From a virus (Duplodnaviria > Caudoviricetes), in IMG/VR virus record IMGVR_UViG_3300046786_000340, positions 1 through 32,075 of that record: a DNA stretch of 32,075 nucleotides; one strand, written 5' to 3'. Positions 14,982 to 24,328 of the stretch are shown one piece after another. The position numbers were made by a program, and so were the translations under genes. Under the pieces are notes generated by a model, which saw only the letters and a program-made list of their open reading frames with translations, was not told the DNA's origin and searched no databases. The first letter of the stretch is position 1, and each line of letters begins with the position of its first letter.

Positions 14982-14984
14982 TTG
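14977..14984 (+). promoter_or_regulatory. -7 promoter box
   Basis: TATCTTTG, 4 nt upstream of ATG 14989. Confidence 0.45.
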
Positions 14985-14988
14985 AACT

Positions 14989-15069
14989 ATGTTTAAAAAA
15001 TTACTAAAGTGGCTTGGTATTATAAAACCAGAACCAACAGTGCAACAAGGCCAGGTTACTGAAAATTAA
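14989..15069 (+). CDS. Tiny amphipathic peptide (26 aa), not in the ORF track
   Basis: MFKKLLKWLGIIKPEPTVQQGQVTEN following a TAnnTTTG box. Confidence 0.4.
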   Translation: MFKKLLKWLGIIKPEPTVQQGQVTEN

Positions 15070-15102
15070 TTTGGTAAAATATTTGTTTTTAATGTAGTTT
15101 TG
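15070..15102 (+). promoter_or_regulatory. Promoter of the packaging/structural operon
   Basis: TTTG (15070-15073) - 21 nt - TAGTTTTG (15095-15102), 4 nt before ATG 15107. Confidence 0.65.
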
Positions 15103-15106
15103 TTGT

Positions 15107-15481
15107 ATGGCTTACGACAGGGATAAGATATTGAACAAATGTATAGAGGCCATCAAGAAGAACAAACTTGTTTTTTTTGATGAGATTTCGCAATATGTGG
15201 AGCCTACAAGGTCATGTTTGTATCAGTGGGAATTTGAAAAATTGGACGTAATAAAAGAAGCCCTTGAAGATAATAGGGTAGCGCATAAGTCAATAATGCG
15301 TAATAGGTGGATTCAAAGCGACCAACCTACCCTACAGATTGCTGCCTACAAACTAATGGCTTCGGACGAAGAATTTGAGCGACTTACACTGCAACAAATA
15401 AACTCAAACAACAACACTACCCTAAGCGGTGGTATCACCTTAGAAATAGACAATGACTGCGAGCCTATCAAAGCGGTTTAA
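15107..15481 (+). CDS. Putative terminase small subunit
   Basis: 124 aa helical protein with an HTH-like N-half, directly upstream of and overlapping terL. Confidence 0.65.
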   Translation: MAYDRDKILNKCIEAIKKNKLVFFDEISQYVEPTRSCLYQWEFEKLDVIKEALEDNRVAHKSIMRNRWIQSDQPTLQIAAYKLMASDEEFERLTLQQINSNNNTTLSGGITLEIDNDCEPIKAV

Positions 15482-16625
15482 GGTTACGCCAGTTTATACG
15501 GCAAACTATCGGGCTTTAAAGGAGTCTGAAAAGCGGTATATTGTCAACGAAGGCGGCACAAGATCAGGTAAAACTTACTCAACTGTTCAGGTGCTAATAA
15601 CCTGGGCAAGTAATGTTCCTAAGCAAAAAATAACAATTGTAAGCCGTTCCCTGCCACACCTCAAATCTGGAGCCCTTAGGGACTTTTTAGAAATCATGGA
15701 TATTTGGGGATTGTATAGTGAGGCAAATCATAATAAGACTGACCAAATCTATACTTTTAAAAATAAGTCTTATATAGAGTTTGTTGGTTTGGAAGATCCT
15801 GATAAGGCCCGCGGCCCTGGTCGCGATTTACTTTATGTCAACGAAGCTAACATGATTAGCAAAGCCTTGTTTGACCAGCTCGACATGAGGACAAGGAACA
15901 AAGTAATTATAGACCTTAACCCTTCTGATTTCGATGTCTGGTGCTACCACATCGCAGACGGAAACGATGCCATCAAGATACACAGCACTTACCGAAACAA
16001 CCTGAGTAATCTTCCACAAAAGCAAATTGAGGTTATTGAATCATACCGTGATGCTGACCCTCTCATGTGGCAGGTGTTTGGTCTTGGGCTTCGTGGTACC
16101 TCACAGGAACAAATTTACACGCATTGGAAAGTTACAGACGAACTACCGGACAAAGGTTCTGTTTGCTATGGTCTGGACTTTGGTTACAACGTACCCTCTG
16201 CGCTTGTAAAGATTGAAACCTACGAAGGTGCCAACTATGCTGAGGAAATAATCTACCAAACGAAGCTTACAACGGGTGACTTAATAGAAAAATTGAAATC
16301 AATAGGCATTAATAGGGCGGATGTAATTTATTGTGATGCCGCGGAGCCTAAAACTATTGAAGAGCTAACAAGGGCAGGATTCAACGCGAAGCCAGCGCAT
16401 AAGGATGTAACCGAAGGAATCCGAAAAGTGAAATCAATGCCGCTTTACATTACCAGGAATTCGGAGAACCTGATAAAGGAACTTAAGACCTATAAGTGGA
16501 AAACTGATAAAAACGGAAAGGTATTGGACGAACCTGTTAAAGAAAATGACCATATCAGCGATGCGCTTAGATATGCTATCTTTACATCACAGGGACAGTT
16601 TAAATTTAAAATATTAGTTGGGTGA
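15453..16625 (+). CDS. terL: Terminase large subunit (PBSX/SPP1-like)
   Basis: Walker A GGTRSGKT, Walker B LYVNEA, nuclease motifs GLDFGY and NDHISDALRY. Confidence 0.92.
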   Translation: MTASLSKRFKVTPVYTANYRALKESEKRYIVNEGGTRSGKTYSTVQVLITWASNVPKQKITIVSRSLPHLKSGALRDFLEIMDIWGLYSEANHNKTDQIYTFKNKSYIEFVGLEDPDKARGPGRDLLYVNEANMISKALFDQLDMRTRNKVIIDLNPSDFDVWCYHIADGNDAIKIHSTYRNNLSNLPQKQIEVIESYRDADPLMWQVFGLGLRGTSQEQIYTHWKVTDELPDKGSVCYGLDFGYNVPSALVKIETYEGANYAEEIIYQTKLTTGDLIEKLKSIGINRADVIYCDAAEPKTIEELTRAGFNAKPAHKDVTEGIRKVKSMPLYITRNSENLIKELKTYKWKTDKNGKVLDEPVKENDHISDALRYAIFTSQGQFKFKILVG

Positions 16626-18052
16626 ACAGTATACAAAAGGCGGTAGCCAAATTATTTAACATCAAACAAGCCCTTCCAACCGGGAGCGGCTCTTATGCAT
16701 ACGTTAACGGCTCCCTTGTTTGGATGGCTGATACCTCCGAAAACTACATTCGTAACGGCTACGGTGCTAACGATATTGTTTACTCTGCTATTAACCTGGT
16801 AACTGAAAAAGCAAGGATGCCCGAATGGGAACTTTACAAAGTGGTGGACGAAGCAGCTATGAAGCAATATAAGGCCGCTTTATCCGCTAAAGACTACAAA
16901 CAGGCTGCAAAGTACCGGAAGAAATCACTTGAAGAAATTACCACGTTTAATAGCCGCACAGGACGTTGGGCGGAGCTGTTGATGTGGCCCAATGAAAACG
17001 AAACTTTTGGCGATTTCGTAGCCAACGGAGCGGCTTACAAAATGCTAACCGGTAACAAATTTTGGTGGGCTAATTTGCTCGATGCAGGTGCCAACGCTGG
17101 GGTGCCTATGGAGTTGCAAGCTCTTCCATCTCAGTACATGACGATATTGGCAACGTTGGGCTTCCCAAATAGAGTCGTAGGGTACAAGTTGATGGCTACG
17201 GAAATGCTCAACTTTACTCGTGAAACTGTGCTGCACGAAAAGTACTGGAATCCTGAATATTATTGGCAAGGTTCACATCTTTATGGACAATCACCACTAA
17301 AAGCAGCGTTAAAAAATCTTACTCGTAACAACTACGCCAAAACAGCCTCAGCGGCTAAGTTTGAGAACGGAGGCGCGGATGGTATTTTGTACGTGAATGA
17401 CGACCGCATCCAGCCTGAGGAAGGTTTAGAGCAAGCCAAGGCCGTTAAGCAAGTGCTTGCTTCACAATACAGCGGAGCCTCCAATAGCGGCAAGATTGCT
17501 ACAAGCGGCTTTCCGGTCGGATTCATCAAAGTGGGTGATTCAGTGGTAGATTTGAACATCTTGAAAGCTGAAGACCTTGACCTTCGTAGGCTTGCCAATA
17601 TTTGGGGAGTTCCTTCACAGTTGCTGAATGACCCTGAGAATAAGACATACAACAACCAAAAAGAAGGGGAGAAAGCACTTACACAGCGTTGTGTAATGCC
17701 TCACCTAATTGCAACACGTGATCACCTTAATAAGAAAGTGCAAAGTGATTGGGGCCTCAAGGGTGAGAATGTTTACATCGACTTTGATGCTGATTGCTTT
17801 CAGGAACTGCACGAAGACAAGGCCGAGAAGTGGAAGTGGGTTAAAGAGCTGCCAGTACCAGAGGCCTACAAGCTCGAAATGATGGACTTAGATGTACCGG
17901 CCGATTTGCCGAAAGATCTTATTTTATTCGACAGTGGTAAGGTTACTTTGCAGGAACTTTTGGCTACGATGGATGAAACGCAGTTAGCACAGATTCAAGC
18001 CAACTTGAACGGCAGCGGAATGATAGATTATGAATCAGGAGAACCAAGCTAA
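16622..18052 (+). CDS. Portal protein (HK97 family)
   Basis: VYSAINLV, LYGQSPL and LANIWGVPSQLLN motifs; position after terL. Confidence 0.9.
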   Translation: MNSIQKAVAKLFNIKQALPTGSGSYAYVNGSLVWMADTSENYIRNGYGANDIVYSAINLVTEKARMPEWELYKVVDEAAMKQYKAALSAKDYKQAAKYRKKSLEEITTFNSRTGRWAELLMWPNENETFGDFVANGAAYKMLTGNKFWWANLLDAGANAGVPMELQALPSQYMTILATLGFPNRVVGYKLMATEMLNFTRETVLHEKYWNPEYYWQGSHLYGQSPLKAALKNLTRNNYAKTASAAKFENGGADGILYVNDDRIQPEEGLEQAKAVKQVLASQYSGASNSGKIATSGFPVGFIKVGDSVVDLNILKAEDLDLRRLANIWGVPSQLLNDPENKTYNNQKEGEKALTQRCVMPHLIATRDHLNKKVQSDWGLKGENVYIDFDADCFQELHEDKAEKWKWVKELPVPEAYKLEMMDLDVPADLPKDLILFDSGKVTLQELLATMDETQLAQIQANLNGSGMIDYESGEPS

Positions 18053-18206
18053 AATACAGGAGATAGTAAACGAAACTATCCCCATTCTGAAAACAGATTG
18101 CCCGTTGAAACGGATACATAAAAACGGTCTTAGGCACATGATGACCGAGAAAATATGGGAGCTGATTAAATACTATGAGCAGAAGGGAGAAAATAAGGAA
18201 GAATGA
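18030..18206 (+). CDS. Small hypothetical protein (58 aa), not in the ORF track
   Basis: MNQENQAKIQEIVNETIP...; fills the portal-gp7 gap with overlaps. Confidence 0.45.
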   Translation: MNQENQAKIQEIVNETIPILKTDCPLKRIHKNGLRHMMTEKIWELIKYYEQKGENKEE

Positions 18207-19017
18207 ACGGTTCCGTAGAAAGTATGAAAAACTTTTCTATAATCGAATTTTGAAGGCTTTAGTTAGTCAGGTTAAATCATTCACCTCAGACATCAAGACC
18301 TCAGGCTTCGCAGTGGCACAATCTCGGATGCAAACCACACTCATTAACGCCAATATCGGGCCGGTTATTCAACGGTTGTATTTGGTTGCTGGGAAAGCGA
18401 AAGCAGGGGAAGTGTATCAGCGATTAAGGAAGGAATCCAGGCAACAGAAAAACATGGGCTTTAACGCCCCCTGGACTCAGCAAATACTCGATTATTTTGG
18501 TTTATTTTTGATGGACAAAGTAGTGGTGCCTATTACAGCCACTACAAGGAAGATGATTGAGGAAAAAATAGCACAGATGATTACAGAAGGCCGCTCCATC
18601 GATTGGTTGGTGCAGCAGGTGGAGACTTCGCAGTTCCTTGCATGGAGAGCGCGCATGATTGCACGAACTGAATCCAATAGAGCCATAAACTTTGGTGCCA
18701 ATATGGGTGCGCAGCAAACAGGCTTCGCCACATGGAAGGAGTGGGTCGCGGTGCATGACAATAGAACAAGGCACAGTCACCTTGAACTTGACACACAAAA
18801 AATAGACATAAATCAGGAATTCCTTCCAGGTCTTGCTTACCCTGGGGATCCAAACGGAGCGCCTGACCAAACTATCAATTGCAGGTGCCATCTTGAATAC
18901 TCCATTAAGCTTGATGCCAATGGAAAGCCCATCATGGGGGCCGGTCGCACGTACACAGTAAGCCGCAGGCAATCTCGGACAGCTCAACGATTAATTAATA
19001 TGCTAAACAATCAATAA
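18175..19017 (+). CDS. Head morphogenesis / minor capsid protein (SPP1 gp7 / MuF family)
   Basis: RARMIARTES, KEWVAVHDNRTRHSH and YPGDP...INCRC. Confidence 0.88.
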   Translation: MSRREKIRKNERFRRKYEKLFYNRILKALVSQVKSFTSDIKTSGFAVAQSRMQTTLINANIGPVIQRLYLVAGKAKAGEVYQRLRKESRQQKNMGFNAPWTQQILDYFGLFLMDKVVVPITATTRKMIEEKIAQMITEGRSIDWLVQQVETSQFLAWRARMIARTESNRAINFGANMGAQQTGFATWKEWVAVHDNRTRHSHLELDTQKIDINQEFLPGLAYPGDPNGAPDQTINCRCHLEYSIKLDANGKPIMGAGRTYTVSRRQSRTAQRLINMLNNQ

Positions 19018-19020
19018 AGA

Positions 19021-19761
19021 ATGAAGAACTTTTTTAATACTAAAAATTTCAGCGGTGGGCTGATAGATTTATCGGAAAACGATAGGCGCGTAAAAGTTGC
19101 CATTTCACAAATGGGCAGCAAAGACCTTGATGGTGATGTCATCGACTCAAGCGCATACACTAAGACCTTGAACGAACGCGGCCCTAAAGCAAAGAATCAA
19201 ATTTGGCACCTAACTGACCATAATCCTTCGCTGAAATCAGCCGTGGGTAAATTTAGTGAGCTGTTTGTTGAGGGTGATATGTTGGTAGGTGTTACCAATA
19301 TCCCCAACACTACCTGGGGTAACGATGTGTTGGAGTTCTATAAAAGCGGACACATAACCGAGCATTCAATTGGATTCAGGACAATTAAAGAGGAAACCAA
19401 AAGCGATTACAACCTAATTAAGGAAGTGATGCTTTATGAGGGTTCCGCTGTTCTATGGGGCGCTAATCCAAATACACCAACTTTGTCGGCAGGAAAGTCC
19501 ATCACTAAAGAGGAAGCCAACAGCGAATTAGAACAACTTAACAAAGACCTTGAGCTTGTAACTAAAACGCTCCGCAACGGAAACTTAAGCGACGAATCAT
19601 TCGAACTTGTCGAAATGAGGTTACAAATGTTAAACGAACGTATAAAGAATTTATTTGCAGCCATCCAGCAGCAAAATGAAACCATACAACCGGCCGAGGC
19701 CATTGTACCGGACTACGCGAAGGAAATGCAATTGATTAATAACATAATAAAACTATTTTAA
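19021..19761 (+). CDS. Prohead protease (HK97 / S78)
   Basis: DLDGDVI, LTDH, HSIGF and LYEGSAVLWGAN motifs. Confidence 0.9.
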   Translation: MKNFFNTKNFSGGLIDLSENDRRVKVAISQMGSKDLDGDVIDSSAYTKTLNERGPKAKNQIWHLTDHNPSLKSAVGKFSELFVEGDMLVGVTNIPNTTWGNDVLEFYKSGHITEHSIGFRTIKEETKSDYNLIKEVMLYEGSAVLWGANPNTPTLSAGKSITKEEANSELEQLNKDLELVTKTLRNGNLSDESFELVEMRLQMLNERIKNLFAAIQQQNETIQPAEAIVPDYAKEMQLINNIIKLF

Positions 19762-19763
19762 CA

Positions 19764-20879
19764 ATGGAAAATGAATTAAAAGCCATCGAAGCAGGCGTTA
19801 AAGGCTTCAACGAAAAAGCAGCTCAGTTTGAAGCTGGCTTGAGCGAAGTTAAATCTTCAGTTAATGTATTGCGTGATGAGGCTGATAAGAATCAAAAAGC
19901 ACTTGATTCTTTGATTGCTGCACAAAATACTATTGCTAAGACCTTTGAAGGTAAGAAGTCCTTCAATCAGGTATTTGCTGATCAAGTGAAAGAAGAGTGG
20001 GCTGATTTGTCAAAGTCCCTTTCCCGTGGTGGTGGCCGTTACAAGATGGAACTTAAAGCAGTTGGTAACATGACCATCTCCAACAACCTGACCGGTGATA
20101 GTGTGGTAAACTATGGCACCAACGCCATCCTGCCATCTCAGATGCCTAACTTCCGCGACCTGATCAGAACTTCAAACAGTTCTACCTTGGTGCAGGCTTA
20201 CTATCGTGAGTCAGCCGGTGAAGGTTCTATCACTGCACAAACTGAAGGAAATGCTAAAACTCAAATTGATTTTGATTTGACTGAGGTTAAAACCGTTACC
20301 AAATATGTATCTGGTTTTGCTCGTTTCTCTAAGCAATTGGCTAAATCTTTGCCTTTCTTCCAACAGACTCTCCCTACCATGTTGTTGAGAGAGTTTTACA
20401 AGGCTGAGAACAGTGCTTTCTACACTACTGTTTCAGGTGCTGCAACTGGTTCAACTACCACTTCAGAAACTGATGATGTAAAAGCATTGATTGACTACAT
20501 AGCTAATCAGCGTACTGCTTTGTTCGATGCTTCCTATGCTTTGGTGAATCCTACTCAGTTGGGCCGCTTGAATAAGCTGACATATACCAACGGATACTAC
20601 AGCGGAAGTGGTGGTGTGGTAACTGCTCCTAATGGCTCAATGACCATCTCAGGCGTTCCCATCATCGCGGCTCCTTGGATTGCTGATGACAAAGTGCTGA
20701 TTTTGGATAACAATTTTATCGAGCGCGTTGAAGCTGAAGGTTTGATGATTGAATTCTTTGAGCAAGATTCTGACAACGTTCAGAAGAACTTGATTACTGC
20801 ACGTATCGAGTGCCTTGAAGAAGTTAACCTGATGTTCCCTGCATCTGCAATCTTCGCAGACTTGGGTAACGTTGCCTAA
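19764..20879 (+). CDS. Major capsid protein (HK97 fold, N-terminal delta domain)
   Basis: Coiled-coil N-terminus, TEGNAK, and KNLITARIE near the C-terminus; strongly biased codon usage; followed by a terminator. Confidence 0.92.
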   Translation: MENELKAIEAGVKGFNEKAAQFEAGLSEVKSSVNVLRDEADKNQKALDSLIAAQNTIAKTFEGKKSFNQVFADQVKEEWADLSKSLSRGGGRYKMELKAVGNMTISNNLTGDSVVNYGTNAILPSQMPNFRDLIRTSNSSTLVQAYYRESAGEGSITAQTEGNAKTQIDFDLTEVKTVTKYVSGFARFSKQLAKSLPFFQQTLPTMLLREFYKAENSAFYTTVSGAATGSTTTSETDDVKALIDYIANQRTALFDASYALVNPTQLGRLNKLTYTNGYYSGSGGVVTAPNGSMTISGVPIIAAPWIADDKVLILDNNFIERVEAEGLMIEFFEQDSDNVQKNLITARIECLEEVNLMFPASAIFADLGNVA

Positions 20880-20885
20880 ATAATA

Positions 20886-20914
20886 AGGGGAGGGGCAACT
20901 CTCCCCTAATTTTT
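20886..20914 (+). terminator. Intrinsic terminator after the capsid gene
   Basis: AGGGGAGGG-GCAA-CTCTCCCCT then AATTTTT. Confidence 0.8.
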
Positions 20915-20918
20915 ACTT

Positions 20919-21116
20919 ATGAAGAAAGCTAAAATAATTTCCGCCTTTATCGACAAGTTTACGCGCCAATATCATAATATTGGTGAGGTTATTGTGGTTA
21001 GTGAAGATCGGTTTAAAGAACTTTTGAACAAAAATAAAATTGAACCCTATGGCGAAGAAACCAGTGAAAGTAAAGCCGCTGTGCTGAAACCTGAACGCAA
21101 AAAGAAAATAAAGTAA
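20919..21116 (+). CDS. Small head-associated hypothetical protein
   Basis: 65 aa, FIDKFT...GEVIVVSEDRFKEL; typical small gene after a capsid gene. Confidence 0.6.
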   Translation: MKKAKIISAFIDKFTRQYHNIGEVIVVSEDRFKELLNKNKIEPYGEETSESKAAVLKPERKKKIK

Positions 21117-21673
21117 TGTACTACAACGAAGCGCGCTATAATATTCTCACAGAAACCGGCCCAGAACCGATAAGCATAGACGATGTCAAATTTCAGTTAA
21201 ACATGAGATTTGATACGACTACTGATTACGACTTCAATGACGATGATACTTTCATTGCTATGCTTATCAGCAATTGCAGGGAAGCGGTAGAAAGGTTCTG
21301 TGAGATTTCAATTATTGAAAAGTCCATCGAAGCGGAACTTCGTAATGAGTGCGGTAATATTCTTCTACCTGGCGCGCCTGTTGATGAAATTACTGCCATC
21401 GTTGATGCGGATGGTGATGCTGTGACTCAGTACACTGTAAGAGGTGGTAAGTACCCTTACATCGTTAGTCCAATGTACGACTACTTAAAAGTTACATATT
21501 CGGCCGGTTACTCTGCCGTTGGCTTGCAGGTGCCTAAATCATTGAAGCAAGCCATCGTTGAAGAAGTGGTTTGGAGGTATAGCAACAGAGGGGAGAGTAA
21601 CGATGCAGGAATTCAAAGCGAACAGGCAAGAAAGCTGTTATCACAATTTAAATTGAAATCTTGGCTCGTTTAG
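21116..21673 (+). CDS. Head-tail connector (gp6/gp15-like adaptor)
   Basis: EPISIDDVKFQL, DDDTFI...REAVERF, VTYSAGY, VPKSLKQAI...YSNR. Confidence 0.85.
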   Translation: MYYNEARYNILTETGPEPISIDDVKFQLNMRFDTTTDYDFNDDDTFIAMLISNCREAVERFCEISIIEKSIEAELRNECGNILLPGAPVDEITAIVDADGDAVTQYTVRGGKYPYIVSPMYDYLKVTYSAGYSAVGLQVPKSLKQAIVEEVVWRYSNRGESNDAGIQSEQARKLLSQFKLKSWLV

Positions 21674-21993
21674 GTGACTTTTGGCATATAGCAACATTTA
21701 AGACCGTTACTAAGACAGAGGACGGAAGCGGAGGCTATTTCGATAGCTTTAGCAATCTTTGTACGACAAGGGGAAGCCTAACAAGAACTGGCGGAGCAAG
21801 GGTATTTATTGACGGCAAGGACATGATGACGGATCTTTGTGATTTTGTTTGCTTTTATAAGACTTCACTTGAGGATAATATTACGAAAGATACGGTTATT
21901 GTGATTGAAGGAAGTACGTTTGAAATTTTGAACTATTGGAGGCAATTAGAAGATAGAAGATTCTACACTTTTCAAATTCAGCGGATTAGTTGA
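21661..21993 (+). CDS. Head closure / head-tail joining protein
   Basis: TEDGSGGY motif, beta-rich, position after the connector gene. Confidence 0.7.
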   Translation: MARLGDFWHIATFKTVTKTEDGSGGYFDSFSNLCTTRGSLTRTGGARVFIDGKDMMTDLCDFVCFYKTSLEDNITKDTVIVIEGSTFEILNYWRQLEDRRFYTFQIQRIS

Positions 21994-22520
21994 GTAAGTT
22001 TATAACGATAGAGACAAAAGGATTTAAGGATGTAGAAAATTTCTATCGTTCACTTAATAAGAATTCGCAAGCAGCCATGAAGATTGAAATTACTGACATG
22101 GCTCAGAAGGTTAAAGCAGATATGCAGCGCGATGCTCCGGTGGATGTGGCAAGATTAAAAAATTCTATCAGCTACGAACAAAAAGGACTAAGCGTTGAAT
22201 TTGTGGCTCAGACAGATTACGCAGCTTACATGGAATTCGGAACTAAAAAGAAAGTAAGTGTGCCTAATTGGGTGGGTGGTTATGCTGCACAATTCAAGGG
22301 CCGTGGAAGTGGTGGAGTTAATAGCAAGAAAGCAATTGAGCAGTGGGCAAGTAAGAAAGGCGTGAATGATTGGAAAGCAGTTTGGTGGCACATCATGAAA
22401 AACGGAGTTAAAGCGCATCCTTTTTTCTTTACAACAAAAAACGGCCAAAACAGGATTGAACTAATTAAAAAGGGTTACCTTGAAGCCTTAAAACAAGGGC
22501 TTAAAAACGTACAACGATGA
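21990..22520 (+). CDS. HK97 gp10-like neck / tail completion protein
   Basis: APVDVARLKNSI, YAAYMEFGT and GVKAHPFF. Confidence 0.85.
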   Translation: MSKFITIETKGFKDVENFYRSLNKNSQAAMKIEITDMAQKVKADMQRDAPVDVARLKNSISYEQKGLSVEFVAQTDYAAYMEFGTKKKVSVPNWVGGYAAQFKGRGSGGVNSKKAIEQWASKKGVNDWKAVWWHIMKNGVKAHPFFFTTKNGQNRIELIKKGYLEALKQGLKNVQR

Positions 22521-22948
22521 CAGATTTCGGAACGGCATTAAGAGCATCATACATAGCTGCATTGGACGGAAACGTTCAATACGGCATTAAAGATGTGCCG
22601 TTCATGGATGATAAAGCTGAGACGGATGAATTCTTTTACGTTCGGGTGACTACGCAAAACATGACCAGCGCAAATACGAAAAGCTATTTTGCAGGTGAGT
22701 GTGACGTAAACTTGCAAATCGTTTCGGTGCAAAGGTCAGCGACAAGTAAAACCATCCCTGAAGTAATTGCAAGCCAAATTACAGATATACTTTTTCCAAC
22801 GGTGACTACCAACGGATTAAGCATAGATGCTCCTTATAAAATAAGCTACGCAAAGCTCGTGAACACAGTGGACGATATTGCGATACAAACGGCAAGGGGT
22901 TTCGAGATTAAAAAAACATTGGTAATCAGAAATAGGGTCATACAATGA
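22517..22948 (+). CDS. Putative tail terminator
   Basis: 143 aa; position between the gp10-like gene and the tail tube. Confidence 0.55.
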   Translation: MTDFGTALRASYIAALDGNVQYGIKDVPFMDDKAETDEFFYVRVTTQNMTSANTKSYFAGECDVNLQIVSVQRSATSKTIPEVIASQITDILFPTVTTNGLSIDAPYKISYAKLVNTVDDIAIQTARGFEIKKTLVIRNRVIQ

Positions 22949-23193
22949 TGTTGGCTTTCGCTCCCATATCAGCATTACCACTATCGGCACTACCAAGTGC
23001 AGGGAATATAATTTACTTGTCGATTGATACGGCCTATTATATTGTAAATATGCAAACGTTTGGCATAGGTGTGCATGAATACAAATTATTGGCATGGAAG
23101 TCTATTGTGGAGCCACAGCTTGCAGATAAGAGTAAGTTAGATACGAGGGGCATCGGATGGCCATCAACCTTTGAAACAAACATAACAGGATGA
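22945..23193 (+). CDS. Hypothetical structural protein
   Basis: N-terminal MLAFAPISALPLSAL motif seen in phage fibre-associated genes. Confidence 0.5.
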   Translation: MMLAFAPISALPLSALPSAGNIIYLSIDTAYYIVNMQTFGIGVHEYKLLAWKSIVEPQLADKSKLDTRGIGWPSTFETNITG

Positions 23194-23465
23194 GCTTATT
23201 CAATAAACAAACATTAATCACCATAACGCTTGACTGCGGTACTTCGGTAGTCGGAGCTACTACGGCAAGGATATTGTACAAGAAACCGAACGGAGATACC
23301 GGATATTGGACGGCTACACCATCGACTCAATATCTGATATATTCAGTGTTGAGCGGTGACATTGATCAGTCCGGTGTATGGGAGTTTCAATCTTATGCGG
23401 TGCTGAGCGGCAAAGTGGCTTATGGTGAAATCGTTTACAGAGCATTCAAGGAACCAATTTTATAA
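23190..23465 (+). CDS. Small Ig-like / BppU-N-like structural protein
   Basis: ILYKKPNG...GDIDQSGVWEFQ beta-sandwich pattern. Confidence 0.55.
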   Translation: MSLFNKQTLITITLDCGTSVVGATTARILYKKPNGDTGYWTATPSTQYLIYSVLSGDIDQSGVWEFQSYAVLSGKVAYGEIVYRAFKEPIL

Positions 23466-23486
23466 TAACACAAACAAAAAATAGCA

Positions 23487-23927
23487 ATGGCTACAGAACT
23501 TTTAGGGTCAATAGTTACCCTGCAAATTTCAACAGATACTACAGGTGCAACCGGCCTTAAAACCATCACTTGTGAAGAGTCTTCAGATTTCAACCTTTCA
23601 GCAAACGTGAACACTACCAAAACTAAGTGTGGAAGTTTTGCAGCTGTTGATATTCCTGAAGGAACTATTAATTTTAGCGGTGTAGTGAATGGCGCGCCAG
23701 GTGGCAGTGAGCTGTCATTCAATGACCTTGCAGGATACACCAATAATAAAACCAAACTTTACGCTAAATATCAAAATGCTATTAGCGGATCCGTTGCTGT
23801 TGGTACTGCTGTTTATGCTACTGGTGTAGGCTACTTTTCAAGTGTTCAGGTTACAGCTGCCGAAGGTGATTTGATTAAGTTTACTGCGACCTTCACTTTC
23901 AGCGGAACTATTGATACAACTGTTTAA
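23487..23927 (+). CDS. Major tail tube protein
   Basis: 146 aa, CEESSDFNLSANVNTTKTKC...FTATFTFSG; directly upstream of chaperones and tape measure. Confidence 0.75.
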   Translation: MATELLGSIVTLQISTDTTGATGLKTITCEESSDFNLSANVNTTKTKCGSFAAVDIPEGTINFSGVVNGAPGGSELSFNDLAGYTNNKTKLYAKYQNAISGSVAVGTAVYATGVGYFSSVQVTAAEGDLIKFTATFTFSGTIDTTV

Positions 23928-23943
23928 TAAAAACGACCAAAAA

Positions 23944-24282
23944 ATGAGTAAAAACTACATGACCCTATTTTTGGGAGGCATGGAGCGTGGATTGAAGTTT
24001 AACTTCGGAACGCTCCGCTTCCTTGGGGAAATAACAGACAGCGACCCTTTGAAGTTTGCAGGAAGTGGCAACCCTTCCGACCAATTCAAATTTGTGAAAT
24101 CTATTGTTCATGCGGCCTTGTTAAGCAATTATCTAAGCCTCAAGAAACAACCAGACTTCACTGATGCGGAAGTAACCGATTGGGTTTCTGACCTTGGTAT
24201 GGAAGATGCTACAAAGGTGACACAAGCTTTCACGTTAGCTTTTTCGGTGGAGGCACCCGGTACAGCCGACACACAGCAATAG
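23944..24282 (+). CDS. Tail assembly chaperone (gpG-like)
   Basis: LGGMERGLKFNFGTL; position between tube and tape measure. Confidence 0.7.
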   Translation: MSKNYMTLFLGGMERGLKFNFGTLRFLGEITDSDPLKFAGSGNPSDQFKFVKSIVHAALLSNYLSLKKQPDFTDAEVTDWVSDLGMEDATKVTQAFTLAFSVEAPGTADTQQ

Positions 24283-24328
24283 CGAGCCGTTCGGTTGGTC
24301 GGAACTGTTAGCCGAGGCTTACGGTGAA

